IMG/VR virus record: IMGVR_UViG_3300005323_000054
Coordinates: 1-51,714 of that record
Strand: one strand, 5' to 3'
Length of the DNA: 51,714 nt
Origin: a virus
Lineage: Duplodnaviria; Caudoviricetes
The position numbers and the translations under genes are program-made. A model generated the notes under the pieces. It searched no databases. It was given only the letters and a program-made list of their open reading frames with translations, and was not told where the DNA came from. Every line of letters starts with the position of its first letter. Position 1 is the stretch's first letter. Below, in pieces: positions 36,918 through 44,759 of the stretch.

Positions 36918-37075
36918 ATTATTTTTTAAAATAAAATACCTGTCATCCCTGAACTCGGTTATTATTTTTTAAAATAAAATACTTTCACGTCTGAAAACAC
37001 GAAAAACCCTATTTAATTTTAAAAAATAATAAACGCTCTCACGTCTGAACTCGATTATTTTTTAAAATAAAATAC
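36918..37075. repeat. Iteron-like AT-rich repeats (putative replication origin)
   Basis: ATTATTTTTTAAAATAAAATAC at 36918, 36961 and 37054; inverted copy with one mismatch at 37010-37030; CACGTCTGAA at 36986 and 37040. Confidence 0.8.
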
Positions 37076-37433
37076 CCCCCGGGGGAATGTTTCTTTCTTT
37101 CTTTCTTTTCTTTTACCGGAGAAGAGAGAGAGAGAGAAGAGAGTATGATAATATCCTATCTACGACGGGACATCAATTCTAAAGGGTCGTATCAGCGTTC
37201 TATGGGCTTTTGTCTTGTTCGCGCAGGTATTCTCTACAAAACCAATTATCAGCGAAAAGAACCGTGATGGCGTTCGTGAAATCGCTATGTTTGAAAGATT
37301 GTTAGACAATGGTTGGCACTGGTAGGGAAGGATCACCACAAACCTCCCCTACTGCATTACGGAATCGAAGTTGTCCAGTGTCTCAAGTGTTCTCTTTGTG
37401 TGCGTGCGATACTGTTGAGGGGAGAAGAAACCC

Positions 37434-37736
37434 TCAACAATCCTTCTTGAACTCACTCCTTAATAGCACTTTCCTTCTTATGTAGGTGAACCCATTGTGC
37501 CCTCTCGAATACTTCTCATACCCCATCTCTTCCGGATGAATGAGGTGTCTTCCCACCAACCCGGCGATACCGTGAACGGTCCGGTCTTTCAGCCGGTCCA
37601 TGTGCAACTTCTGAATATCCGCTCCGATATTCCGCCCCTTGAGATACATCGGGTATTTGTTCTCCTCAAGCCAGTCGAAAATCCACTCTATCACGTCGGC
37701 ATTTGGAATTTTTTCTTGCGCCATACTCATCCTCAA
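37434..37736 (-). CDS. Hypothetical, possibly wHTH-like protein
   Basis: 100 aa; basic C-terminus. Confidence 0.5.
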   Translation of the reverse strand: MRMSMAQEKIPNADVIEWIFDWLEENKYPMYLKGRNIGADIQKLHMDRLKDRTVHGIAGLVGRHLIHPEEMGYEKYSRGHNGFTYIRRKVLLRSEFKKDC

Positions 37737-37759
37737 TAATAGCGGATGAACACGAAGAG

Positions 37760-37790
37760 AAATCAGAAAAAAAAGGGAAAAAGAAACGGA
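37760..37790 (-). terminator. T-rich archaeal-type terminator
   Basis: Minus-strand oligo-T tracts right after the stop of 37797..38615. Confidence 0.45.
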
Positions 37791-37796
37791 CAGGGA

Positions 37797-38615
37797 TTAA
37801 TCTGTCTTCTTGGTTCCGGTGAACACGAGGCTGTAGTCAACAGCACCATCATAGACAATCTTGCTGTCGCTTCCGCCGGTTGCGATGTTCTCCGCTCCTT
37901 CGAGGTGGCCAGTCTGAATCGTGATGATGTGAGAGCCCACGGTGCGATACGCCTGCGGAATCCACATCGGAATCCAGTTCTTCTTTCCGACATCGTTGAG
38001 ATTAAGAACAATCTCCTGACAGTCCTTCAGGGGCATACCGTCAATCTTGAGAGAGCAGACGAGTTTCCCCGATACTATGGTCATTACCTCGGCAATGATT
38101 TCAGGGACCATGTTCACGTCGCAGGTGAATGAGGGAGCAGGAGTTCCGCCAGAAACGGAGTTCCCGTAGATACCGAGGATGGTTGCCTTCCCTGCTGCAT
38201 ATGACGGGGTTGTTCCGGTTACAGAGGTTGTTTCTGTAGCGAGAGAAGCCTTTGCCTGCTCGGTCGTAGCGGCCTGTGCTGCTGCCGTAGAGGTAGTTGC
38301 TGCGGTCGATGTGACTTTCTTCGAGAGACCGTTCCAGACCGCTAGAAGTGCCGCCAGAATAACGGACATACTCGGGACTCCGCCGGGAGCAAGAAGTTCA
38401 ATCTGGGTGATAATAGCGTCAACGTCCGGGACTGCCGCCGAAGCGAAGTAGAGGACGAGTGCTGCAAGGCCACCAAGGCCCATAGTCTGAAGGAACTTAG
38501 TCGCGTTGAATTCCTCTCCTGCCGTATATTTTCGGTAGAGATACATGCCTGCGGCGAAGAGACCGAAGGCGAAAACGATTACCGGCATGAGCCATGCCTG
38601 TGTAGTTGCATCCAT
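37797..38615 (-). CDS. Membrane protein (N-terminal TM helices, Thr/Ala linker, C-terminal beta domain); possible lysis or superinfection-exclusion role
   Basis: Two to three hydrophobic segments; own RBS and upstream AT-rich promoter-like sequence. Confidence 0.65.
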   Translation of the reverse strand: MDATTQAWLMPVIVFAFGLFAAGMYLYRKYTAGEEFNATKFLQTMGLGGLAALVLYFASAAVPDVDAIITQIELLAPGGVPSMSVILAALLAVWNGLSKKVTSTAATTSTAAAQAATTEQAKASLATETTSVTGTTPSYAAGKATILGIYGNSVSGGTPAPSFTCDVNMVPEIIAEVMTIVSGKLVCSLKIDGMPLKDCQEIVLNLNDVGKKNWIPMWIPQAYRTVGSHIITIQTGHLEGAENIATGGSDSKIVYDGAVDYSLVFTGTKKTD

Positions 38616-38690
38616 GATTTATTTCTCCTTACGTAAGGGTTTTGATTTACCCTGAAAAAGAGTGGGGTTCCTGAATGATAATCTTTCGCA

Positions 38691-39200
38691 TTATGACGGA
38701 GGTGTTGGGAACACAACCTCTGACGGATTCTTGAAGGTCTCGGTTATATCACGGAGCGCCCGACGATTCTCCTGCCATTCCGCTTTCTTCGATTCTGTCA
38801 GAGGAGAATCTGGCAACTGCGTCCAATCGGATTGAGCCAGAAGATAGTTCCGATACCCTCTAACAGCATCCCAGAGATTTTCTTCATCGAGTTTCGCCGT
38901 TGCGATATCGGAAGAGAACTTATCATCGACTGCTTTTCGTGCGGCTGCATTGTCGGAGTTAATCTGCTCGTTTTGTGCGGCGATGCCCTTTATCTGCGCT
39001 TCCAGTTGTGCGAGACGATTGATATATTCCAGTTTTGTTGCCGGTCTCTCAATCATGCCGGCTTTCAGACCGGTGAGTTCTGCCCTTTGTTCTGCATCCG
39101 ATACCTGCGCTACAGGTTCCGGGTATTCTCCCCGGGCTACCTTTGCATAGACGATACGATTCAGTTCTGTTTCCAAAGTTGTTTCCATCATTTTTAGCAC
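38691..39200 (-). CDS. Tail fibre assembly chaperone
   Basis: VRGYRNYLLAQSDWTQLPDSPL...WQENRRALRDI...FPTPP. Confidence 0.85.
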   Translation of the reverse strand: MLKMMETTLETELNRIVYAKVARGEYPEPVAQVSDAEQRAELTGLKAGMIERPATKLEYINRLAQLEAQIKGIAAQNEQINSDNAAARKAVDDKFSSDIATAKLDEENLWDAVRGYRNYLLAQSDWTQLPDSPLTESKKAEWQENRRALRDITETFKNPSEVVFPTPPS

Positions 39201-40021
39201 CCGCAGGCCATCATGTTCGCGCTTCCCATACCGACACCTGATAAATTGTCGGTAGAGGGTGTGAGGTATCTGATGATGATGACCCCGCTTCCCCCAGTTC
39301 CACCTGAATACGTCCCGGCGTTCTGGTTCCCTCCGTTCCCCCCATTGCCCGTATTTGCCGTTCCGCTAGATCCATTTCCGGCGGTTCCATTTATCCCTCC
39401 GCTACCCCCCGTAGAATAAGTTACCGAAGCCCCCGATATTGTATTTTCATTGCCAAGCCCTGCGGTTATCGCTCCACCCCCGGCAGAATTTGCACCCCCC
39501 CCACCGGCACCATCATATCCAGACGAGGTCCCTCCGTTATGTCCAATTCCGTTATATATGGCAGTTCCTCCTGAATTTCCACCAGTATATTTCCCTGCAC
39601 CCCCACCCCCAGAACCTCCATTCCTTCCGGTTGTCCCTCCACCACCACCGCCCCCCTTGGCGGTTTTAGACCCAAAGATACTGTCATTTCCATCGCTACC
39701 CGCAGTTTGGCTCCCAGACCCCCCGGGACCCCCACTACCGATAGTGATTGTCTGGGGGCCAGAAACGACAAGCCCCGTGCCATAAAAATAATCTCCGGCG
39801 CCCCCTCCCCCGCCAGCACCGATATTTGTTCCAGACGCTCCGCCACCACCACCCCCAGCGATTACCAAATATTCAACTTCGGCGGAACCTCCTTGGGGGG
39901 TCCAAGTAGTTGTCCCATCTGTAGCCCTCCAAATCCATTTATGGAGGAGATACAGCCCATCAACCCCATCATACCGCGTGGTATTTCCGTCTATTACGGG
40001 GTCGCTCCATACAACAGCCAT
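39194..40021 (-). CDS. Glycine-rich domain tail fibre/receptor-binding protein
   Basis: VEYLVIAGGGGGG...ANTGNGG...GGSGVIIIRY. Confidence 0.8.
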   Translation of the reverse strand: MAVVWSDPVIDGNTTRYDGVDGLYLLHKWIWRATDGTTTWTPQGGSAEVEYLVIAGGGGGGASGTNIGAGGGGGAGDYFYGTGLVVSGPQTITIGSGGPGGSGSQTAGSDGNDSIFGSKTAKGGGGGGGTTGRNGGSGGGGAGKYTGGNSGGTAIYNGIGHNGGTSSGYDGAGGGGANSAGGGAITAGLGNENTISGASVTYSTGGSGGINGTAGNGSSGTANTGNGGNGGNQNAGTYSGGTGGSGVIIIRYLTPSTDNLSGVGMGSANMMACGC

Positions 40022-40025
40022 TTAA

Positions 40026-41093
40026 TCACTCATCCGAGAAGTTGTTGGTCGTGTAACTGATGAGCCACCCGAGGACAGTGATGTCTCCGGTATAGGTATC
40101 CGACCCGGTGCGGCCTACCCTGAATTGGGTCCAGTTATTCCCCGCAGGTGTCCCGGCAATCGTTATAGCGCTTGTTGCCGGACCCGCTACGACTTTCCCG
40201 GCGATTGAAGATGCTACGGTGATAGTGCTTTCCTGTTTTGTCCCGTATGCTGCATCCCCTGCGCCGCCGCTTGCATAGGCCACCCCTGCGAGAGATAGGA
40301 TAATCGTGTGGTTACTGGCATCAGTTGAAGACGGGACGAAAATATATGGTATTGCCGTTATCGCGCCACCACTGTAGTTCTTCGGCATCGGCAACCCGAA
40401 TTCCTTGAAGACATCCGAGGCCCCCGCTGCGAAAAGAGCCCCGTTGAAATTCACTTTGTTTGTTGAAGTTTCTGTTTTTGTGACTGCACCTGCCGGGGCT
40501 GTTGTTGGGAGCCATCCGCCAACGCATGATAGAAATATCGTGCGTTTCGGAGTATTCGGGTTCACTCCTTCTTTCAGGAGTTTTCCGGTGGTTTCATCGA
40601 AGAGGGCCATTGCCCCGTCAGTTGCAGATGCAGGGCCGACAACATCTCCAGGTGTCCCTATAGCATCAGCAACGGCCTTACTCGTAGGAACTGTTGTATC
40701 ATCATCTCCGAGAGTTTCAACGATGATAACCCCAGACCCGTCAATAGTATCAGTATTCTCTCCGTCAGCAACGAGGATAGCACGGTCAACCGCTCCGGTA
40801 GACCCCCCCCATCCAATACCTCCGAGTGGGATTTTCTGGGTTCCGTCTGAATGAAAAACGTGGTTTGCGTTCCCGTCGAGTTTCGGCATCAGACCGTGTT
40901 TGGTGATACTTGCATCCCCTTTCGTAAGGTTACTCGATGCAAGGTCTTCAATCGCAATTTCATCAGCCCCTCCTTCGATATGGGCTGACATATGCCCTTT
41001 GATAAAGGCAATCATGGCATTCCATTTCGACGCGAGGATAGGATGAGCGTTGTCGAAATCAATCATTATCTCATCCCAAGCCATTTCAAACAC
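40026..41093 (-). CDS. Tail fibre/minor tail protein
   Basis: HGLMPK and GDVVGPASATDGAMALFD fibre motifs; beta-rich C-terminus. Confidence 0.7.
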   Translation of the reverse strand: MFEMAWDEIMIDFDNAHPILASKWNAMIAFIKGHMSAHIEGGADEIAIEDLASSNLTKGDASITKHGLMPKLDGNANHVFHSDGTQKIPLGGIGWGGSTGAVDRAILVADGENTDTIDGSGVIIVETLGDDDTTVPTSKAVADAIGTPGDVVGPASATDGAMALFDETTGKLLKEGVNPNTPKRTIFLSCVGGWLPTTAPAGAVTKTETSTNKVNFNGALFAAGASDVFKEFGLPMPKNYSGGAITAIPYIFVPSSTDASNHTIILSLAGVAYASGGAGDAAYGTKQESTITVASSIAGKVVAGPATSAITIAGTPAGNNWTQFRVGRTGSDTYTGDITVLGWLISYTTNNFSDE

Positions 41094-41850
41094 TCCTATT
41101 AACGTCTGTCATGAACAATCCTGCCCATCGTTTTGCCGGATATTTCACCCTGACGGAAAACGTCGATGAAACCACGGCATAGGCGTTCGTCACCGTGCAA
41201 GTTACCGAATACGTCCCTGTCAGCGTATACGTGTGAGTGGGGTTCTGCGAGGTTGAAGTTCCCTCTCCTGTCCCAAACGACCAGAGCCACGAAAGAGGGG
41301 ATTCTGTTGCCGATGCCGAGAAGTCTACCTCAAGTGGTTTGTTTCCAGTAAGCGGGTCTCCCGTTGCAGAGAGGACCGGAAGGTTATAGGTGATGATTAC
41401 ACATCCGTATGAACCAGCCCCACCGTCACCGTCGTAATACCGCGCGCCTCCTCCCCCGGCACCATATCCTACACCGGCTGCACCTCCGGCCCCGTATTCT
41501 GTGCTCCCGCCGGGTTGAGCGTTTCCTCCGCTACCATATCCATTTTCACCGGCAGTCGGGCTGTCGAATACCTGATGCCCCCCCATAGCACCTGCTTCGG
41601 CAGTAACCCCGAATGCGGTTGAACTTTGGCCGTAGGTTTGTCCTACAACAATGTTGTAGGTTGACCCGGAAGATACCGGTGTAAGGCTCCCCGTCTTAAT
41701 CTCCCCGTGCTTCCCCCCAAGACCTGATGCATTAGAAACAGGATTCCCCCCGGGCCCCCCGGCACCTACGATAATATAATCAACGTGCGTCACGCCGGCA
41801 GGAGCGACAAACTGACCGTTCGCAGTAAATACCGCAGTTACAACCGTCAT
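41086..41850 (-). CDS. Glycine-rich plus PKD domain tail protein
   Basis: VDYIIVGAGGPGG...; PKD motif GNKPLEVDF...WLWSFGTG...QNPTHTY..GTYSV. Confidence 0.8.
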   Translation of the reverse strand: MTVVTAVFTANGQFVAPAGVTHVDYIIVGAGGPGGNPVSNASGLGGKHGEIKTGSLTPVSSGSTYNIVVGQTYGQSSTAFGVTAEAGAMGGHQVFDSPTAGENGYGSGGNAQPGGSTEYGAGGAAGVGYGAGGGGARYYDGDGGAGSYGCVIITYNLPVLSATGDPLTGNKPLEVDFSASATESPLSWLWSFGTGEGTSTSQNPTHTYTLTGTYSVTCTVTNAYAVVSSTFSVRVKYPAKRWAGLFMTDVNRSV

Positions 41851-41851
41851 C

Positions 41852-42670
41852 TCAATCCTTCCGTGCTGCGTGAATGAATCCAGTTACTCTCGTGATTGTC
41901 GTGCAGGATAGAACTTCAAATTCAAGGATGTCTCCTTCTGCGAGGTCAATGAGTGTCCAAGTGGTAACTTCTTTTACTCGTCCTTTTCTTGCCGCCGTTA
42001 TTGTCGGGAGTTCTGTTCCTGCGATTGATACCGTTGTCGGATAGTCATCATAGGTCGAATGGAGGACATCGACGACGATAGACCCCGTAACGTCAGAGAG
42101 CATCGTATGACCAAGAACTGTGCAGTTGAACGGGATTTCAACCATACATTTCTTTCCTGTCGTTAATGGGTCTCCTCCTTCGTCGATAAAGAACGGAATT
42201 GGAACACCTACGAGACCGGGGCGCAAGTCAGTAATATTCCCCGCTACGATTGACGATGCCGCCGCCGCTACGTCAACGAGAGCCAGAGGGATTTCGTAGA
42301 CAGATGCGTTTTGAGTTAACGCTTCTGCCACAGGGGAACTTGCTGCCGTTCCTGTGAGAACAACGGCCTCGATTTTGCCGGGAGACCCTGTAACGGTCAT
42401 ACGAAGGATAATCAGGTCTTTCCTCGGCAACGTCGCGTGTGCTGCAGTTATCGAGATGGCTTTCGTTGCCGTGTTCTGATACCAGTGTCCTTTTATCCAC
42501 GCTTCCCCAGTCGCTACATTGACGGCCATTGCAGCCGGGGTCTGTGCCGATACCTTGAGCAGATAGCCTTTCGTTGCGTCAATACCGGTCTTACGGAGTT
42601 GAGAGAAAACTTCTGCAAACTGTTCTTGGTCATATGCCGATGGGTCGAAAAATCTACTGTATTCTGTCAT
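41852..42670 (-). CDS. Minor tail/baseplate protein
   Basis: LKVSAQ..MAVNVATGEAWIKG...PRKDLIILR...YEIPLA. Confidence 0.75.
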   Translation of the reverse strand: MTEYSRFFDPSAYDQEQFAEVFSQLRKTGIDATKGYLLKVSAQTPAAMAVNVATGEAWIKGHWYQNTATKAISITAAHATLPRKDLIILRMTVTGSPGKIEAVVLTGTAASSPVAEALTQNASVYEIPLALVDVAAAASSIVAGNITDLRPGLVGVPIPFFIDEGGDPLTTGKKCMVEIPFNCTVLGHTMLSDVTGSIVVDVLHSTYDDYPTTVSIAGTELPTITAARKGRVKEVTTWTLIDLAEGDILEFEVLSCTTITRVTGFIHAARKD

Positions 42671-42673
42671 GTC

Positions 42674-43882
42674 CTACCTCCTGATAGTCGGATATATTTT
42701 TGAGTTGATGTTTCTCACGATACTCACCATGTCCGGGGTCTCTTTCCCCACCCCGAGAGTTAATTTCCGTCCTGCTGCCGTAATTTCCATCTTGACGGAA
42801 ATCAGTCTGCTTGTCATCGTCGCCACTCCCGGGAACTCTACGACGATAATATCACCGAGGAAGAAATCTACCCCGTAATGAAAGGTGTCGCTCCTCTCGT
42901 TGAACTCGAACTCAAGGGTCTGTGTTTCTCCTGTCAATACGTCAGTTCCAGCCTGAATTAACTCGTCTGTCGTCGTGCAGTCTGTCGCCTCAACGAACGT
43001 CTCATATCGGTCATCACCTTCGGGTTCCGTCCCGTCATACACAGTCTGCAATACCCGCGCTGCCCCGTCTCCTGTCCCTCCGACATAGGCAACGGTAATT
43101 TTGTCAACGATTGATTCGGCGTAGTTGTATGCGTCGATATTGTTGAAGTCCACCGAGAGAATTACTTGGTCGGGCGCGGTCGAACGGTCTTCCCCTTCAA
43201 AGAACGTCAGGACGTGGTTTAGTCCAGAGCCGGACCAGAGGAGATAACAACTGATTCCTCCCGTCTTTCTCAATGAAAGGACGGATTCAAGAAGGCTCTC
43301 CGTCCTGAATGTGAGGGTCTGGTCTGTTCCGAGTTCAGTATCCGTCGCTGCGAGTGTGAGCCCCGGAAGGACTCTTTTTGCGTTCGTCGGGTTGATTGCT
43401 TCGTGGTCTACGAGAGTTCTGATGATAGTTTCTGTCGCAGCCGTATCGAAGGCATCTGTCCCGTCTCCCGTAGAGAACTTATGCATACACCTTCTCTTCC
43501 CGAGACGGGCAAGCGTTTCCCTCCCTGATACCGTCCATACCTCACTGACCTTCCCCTCTTTCGACAGGATTTTCGTGTCATTCTCAAGGAGACCCGTATC
43601 CCAGATTCCATCCGGTCTGAAGAACCCGATATAATTTCCTGCTATGAGGTGGACGGTTCCATTTGCGCTCCGGTTTATCGTAAGTTCCCACGTCGATATA
43701 TCATAATAGTTCCCGATATACGTGAACGTCTCGTATCCCATAATTTCAACGAGAGGAACCATCGCAGAACTGTATATGACAATTGAGGGTTTCTTGACGG
43801 TAGGAATGTAAGTGTTCGGGGTTCCGAGGACTGCATATCCCAGAACGAAGTTCCCGATAACCGCCGATGACTGTTCTGCCAT
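42674..43882 (-). CDS. Siphovirus minor tail protein (ReqiPepy6 Gp37-like/Tal position)
   Basis: EGEDRS, VAYVGGTGDGAAR, RYETFVEA, YGVDFFLGDIIVV. Confidence 0.8.
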   Translation of the reverse strand: MAEQSSAVIGNFVLGYAVLGTPNTYIPTVKKPSIVIYSSAMVPLVEIMGYETFTYIGNYYDISTWELTINRSANGTVHLIAGNYIGFFRPDGIWDTGLLENDTKILSKEGKVSEVWTVSGRETLARLGKRRCMHKFSTGDGTDAFDTAATETIIRTLVDHEAINPTNAKRVLPGLTLAATDTELGTDQTLTFRTESLLESVLSLRKTGGISCYLLWSGSGLNHVLTFFEGEDRSTAPDQVILSVDFNNIDAYNYAESIVDKITVAYVGGTGDGAARVLQTVYDGTEPEGDDRYETFVEATDCTTTDELIQAGTDVLTGETQTLEFEFNERSDTFHYGVDFFLGDIIVVEFPGVATMTSRLISVKMEITAAGRKLTLGVGKETPDMVSIVRNINSKIYPTIRR

Positions 43883-43883
43883 C

Positions 43884-44759
43884 CTACGCTCCTACCCCCG
43901 TGAATTTATCTGACCACTGAATCGAGCATTTTGCATCTGACCCCGAGGTTGTGCAGGTAAATGCAATCGAGTTTTCGCCGGGCTTCATCATCCACGGAAC
44001 GGAAGAACTGTCCCGATACTGGAACCCGTTTGACGCAACTCCCCCCGTGCTGTATTTCACGTATGAGATTTTTCTGGGGAGGGTATCTACGACAAAGAGT
44101 TCCCCTGACGCTACGACGTTATTTATTTTTATGAGTTCCCCCGTCGATAGATTTGTGATTGTGGGGTTGGTAACGTTCCCGTAGACCGTCAGAATAACCG
44201 GCGTGTCAACGTCTCCGAGGTTCGTATAACTCTTCTGATACGTCAACGGCCTGACGCTGAACGGGAATCCGAAGGGGAACATACTTGCCCCGACGGACCC
44301 GAGGAACTCAAGATGGGGCTCCCCAGAATACCAGAAGGGGTCATAGGCGATAAGGTTCAGCGTGATAACGTGCCAGGTCTCACCTCTCTCTTTCTTCGTG
44401 CCGAATACCGGACATCCGGGGGAGTCTGCCGTGCATTGGATACGGTATACGGTCCCGTCTTCCTGCGTCCAGTAGAGCCATCCCTGACCGAGCCGGGGGC
44501 TGAATGTTGCGAGGAGTGCCCTCTGAAGAACGCGAATGTCAAGTTTCGTCGATGCTTTAACGCAGAACTGAAGAGACATCGGTTTGGGGGAATAAATGGT
44601 ATCCAGCAGGTCAAGACCATCGAGATACGGGGATTGCGAAGTCTGGTTCTCTACCGGAGTATCGCTAACGTTCCACGTATCTGTCAGGACGTATGTTGGT
44701 TCAATAAAATCCGTCCTTCTTCCGAGTGCATCAATCCAAGAAAAATAATGACCTGTCAT
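43884..44759 (-). CDS. Distal tail protein (Dit)
   Basis: LIAYDPFWY, NLGDVDTP, VTNPTI, PGENSI; follows the tape measure gene. Confidence 0.85.
   Translation of the reverse strand: MTGHYFSWIDALGRRTDFIEPTYVLTDTWNVSDTPVENQTSQSPYLDGLDLLDTIYSPKPMSLQFCVKASTKLDIRVLQRALLATFSPRLGQGWLYWTQEDGTVYRIQCTADSPGCPVFGTKKERGETWHVITLNLIAYDPFWYSGEPHLEFLGSVGASMFPFGFPFSVRPLTYQKSYTNLGDVDTPVILTVYGNVTNPTITNLSTGELIKINNVVASGELFVVDTLPRKISYVKYSTGGVASNGFQYRDSSSVPWMMKPGENSIAFTCTTSGSDAKCSIQWSDKFTGVGA

Noticed and set aside
36918-37075. Possible mini-CRISPR array
   Set aside because: Repeats are about 95% AT, unevenly spaced, one is inverted, and the spacers share sequence; fits iterons better
37091-37142. (CTTT)n and (GA)n microsatellite as a phase-variation switch
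   Set aside because: Intergenic and not positioned in a promoter spacer or ORF; noted only as part of the origin region
15658-38685. 17-bp exact match TCCTGAATGATAATCTT at 15658 and 38669, with a partial copy at 12113
   Set aside because: One copy is inside a coding region, spacing to start codons is inconsistent, and a single such match can arise by chance in 52 kb
39194-41850. Possible diversity-generating retroelement targeting the fibres
   Set aside because: No reverse transcriptase and no TR/VR nucleotide repeat pair seen; similarity is only at the level of Gly-rich protein motifs
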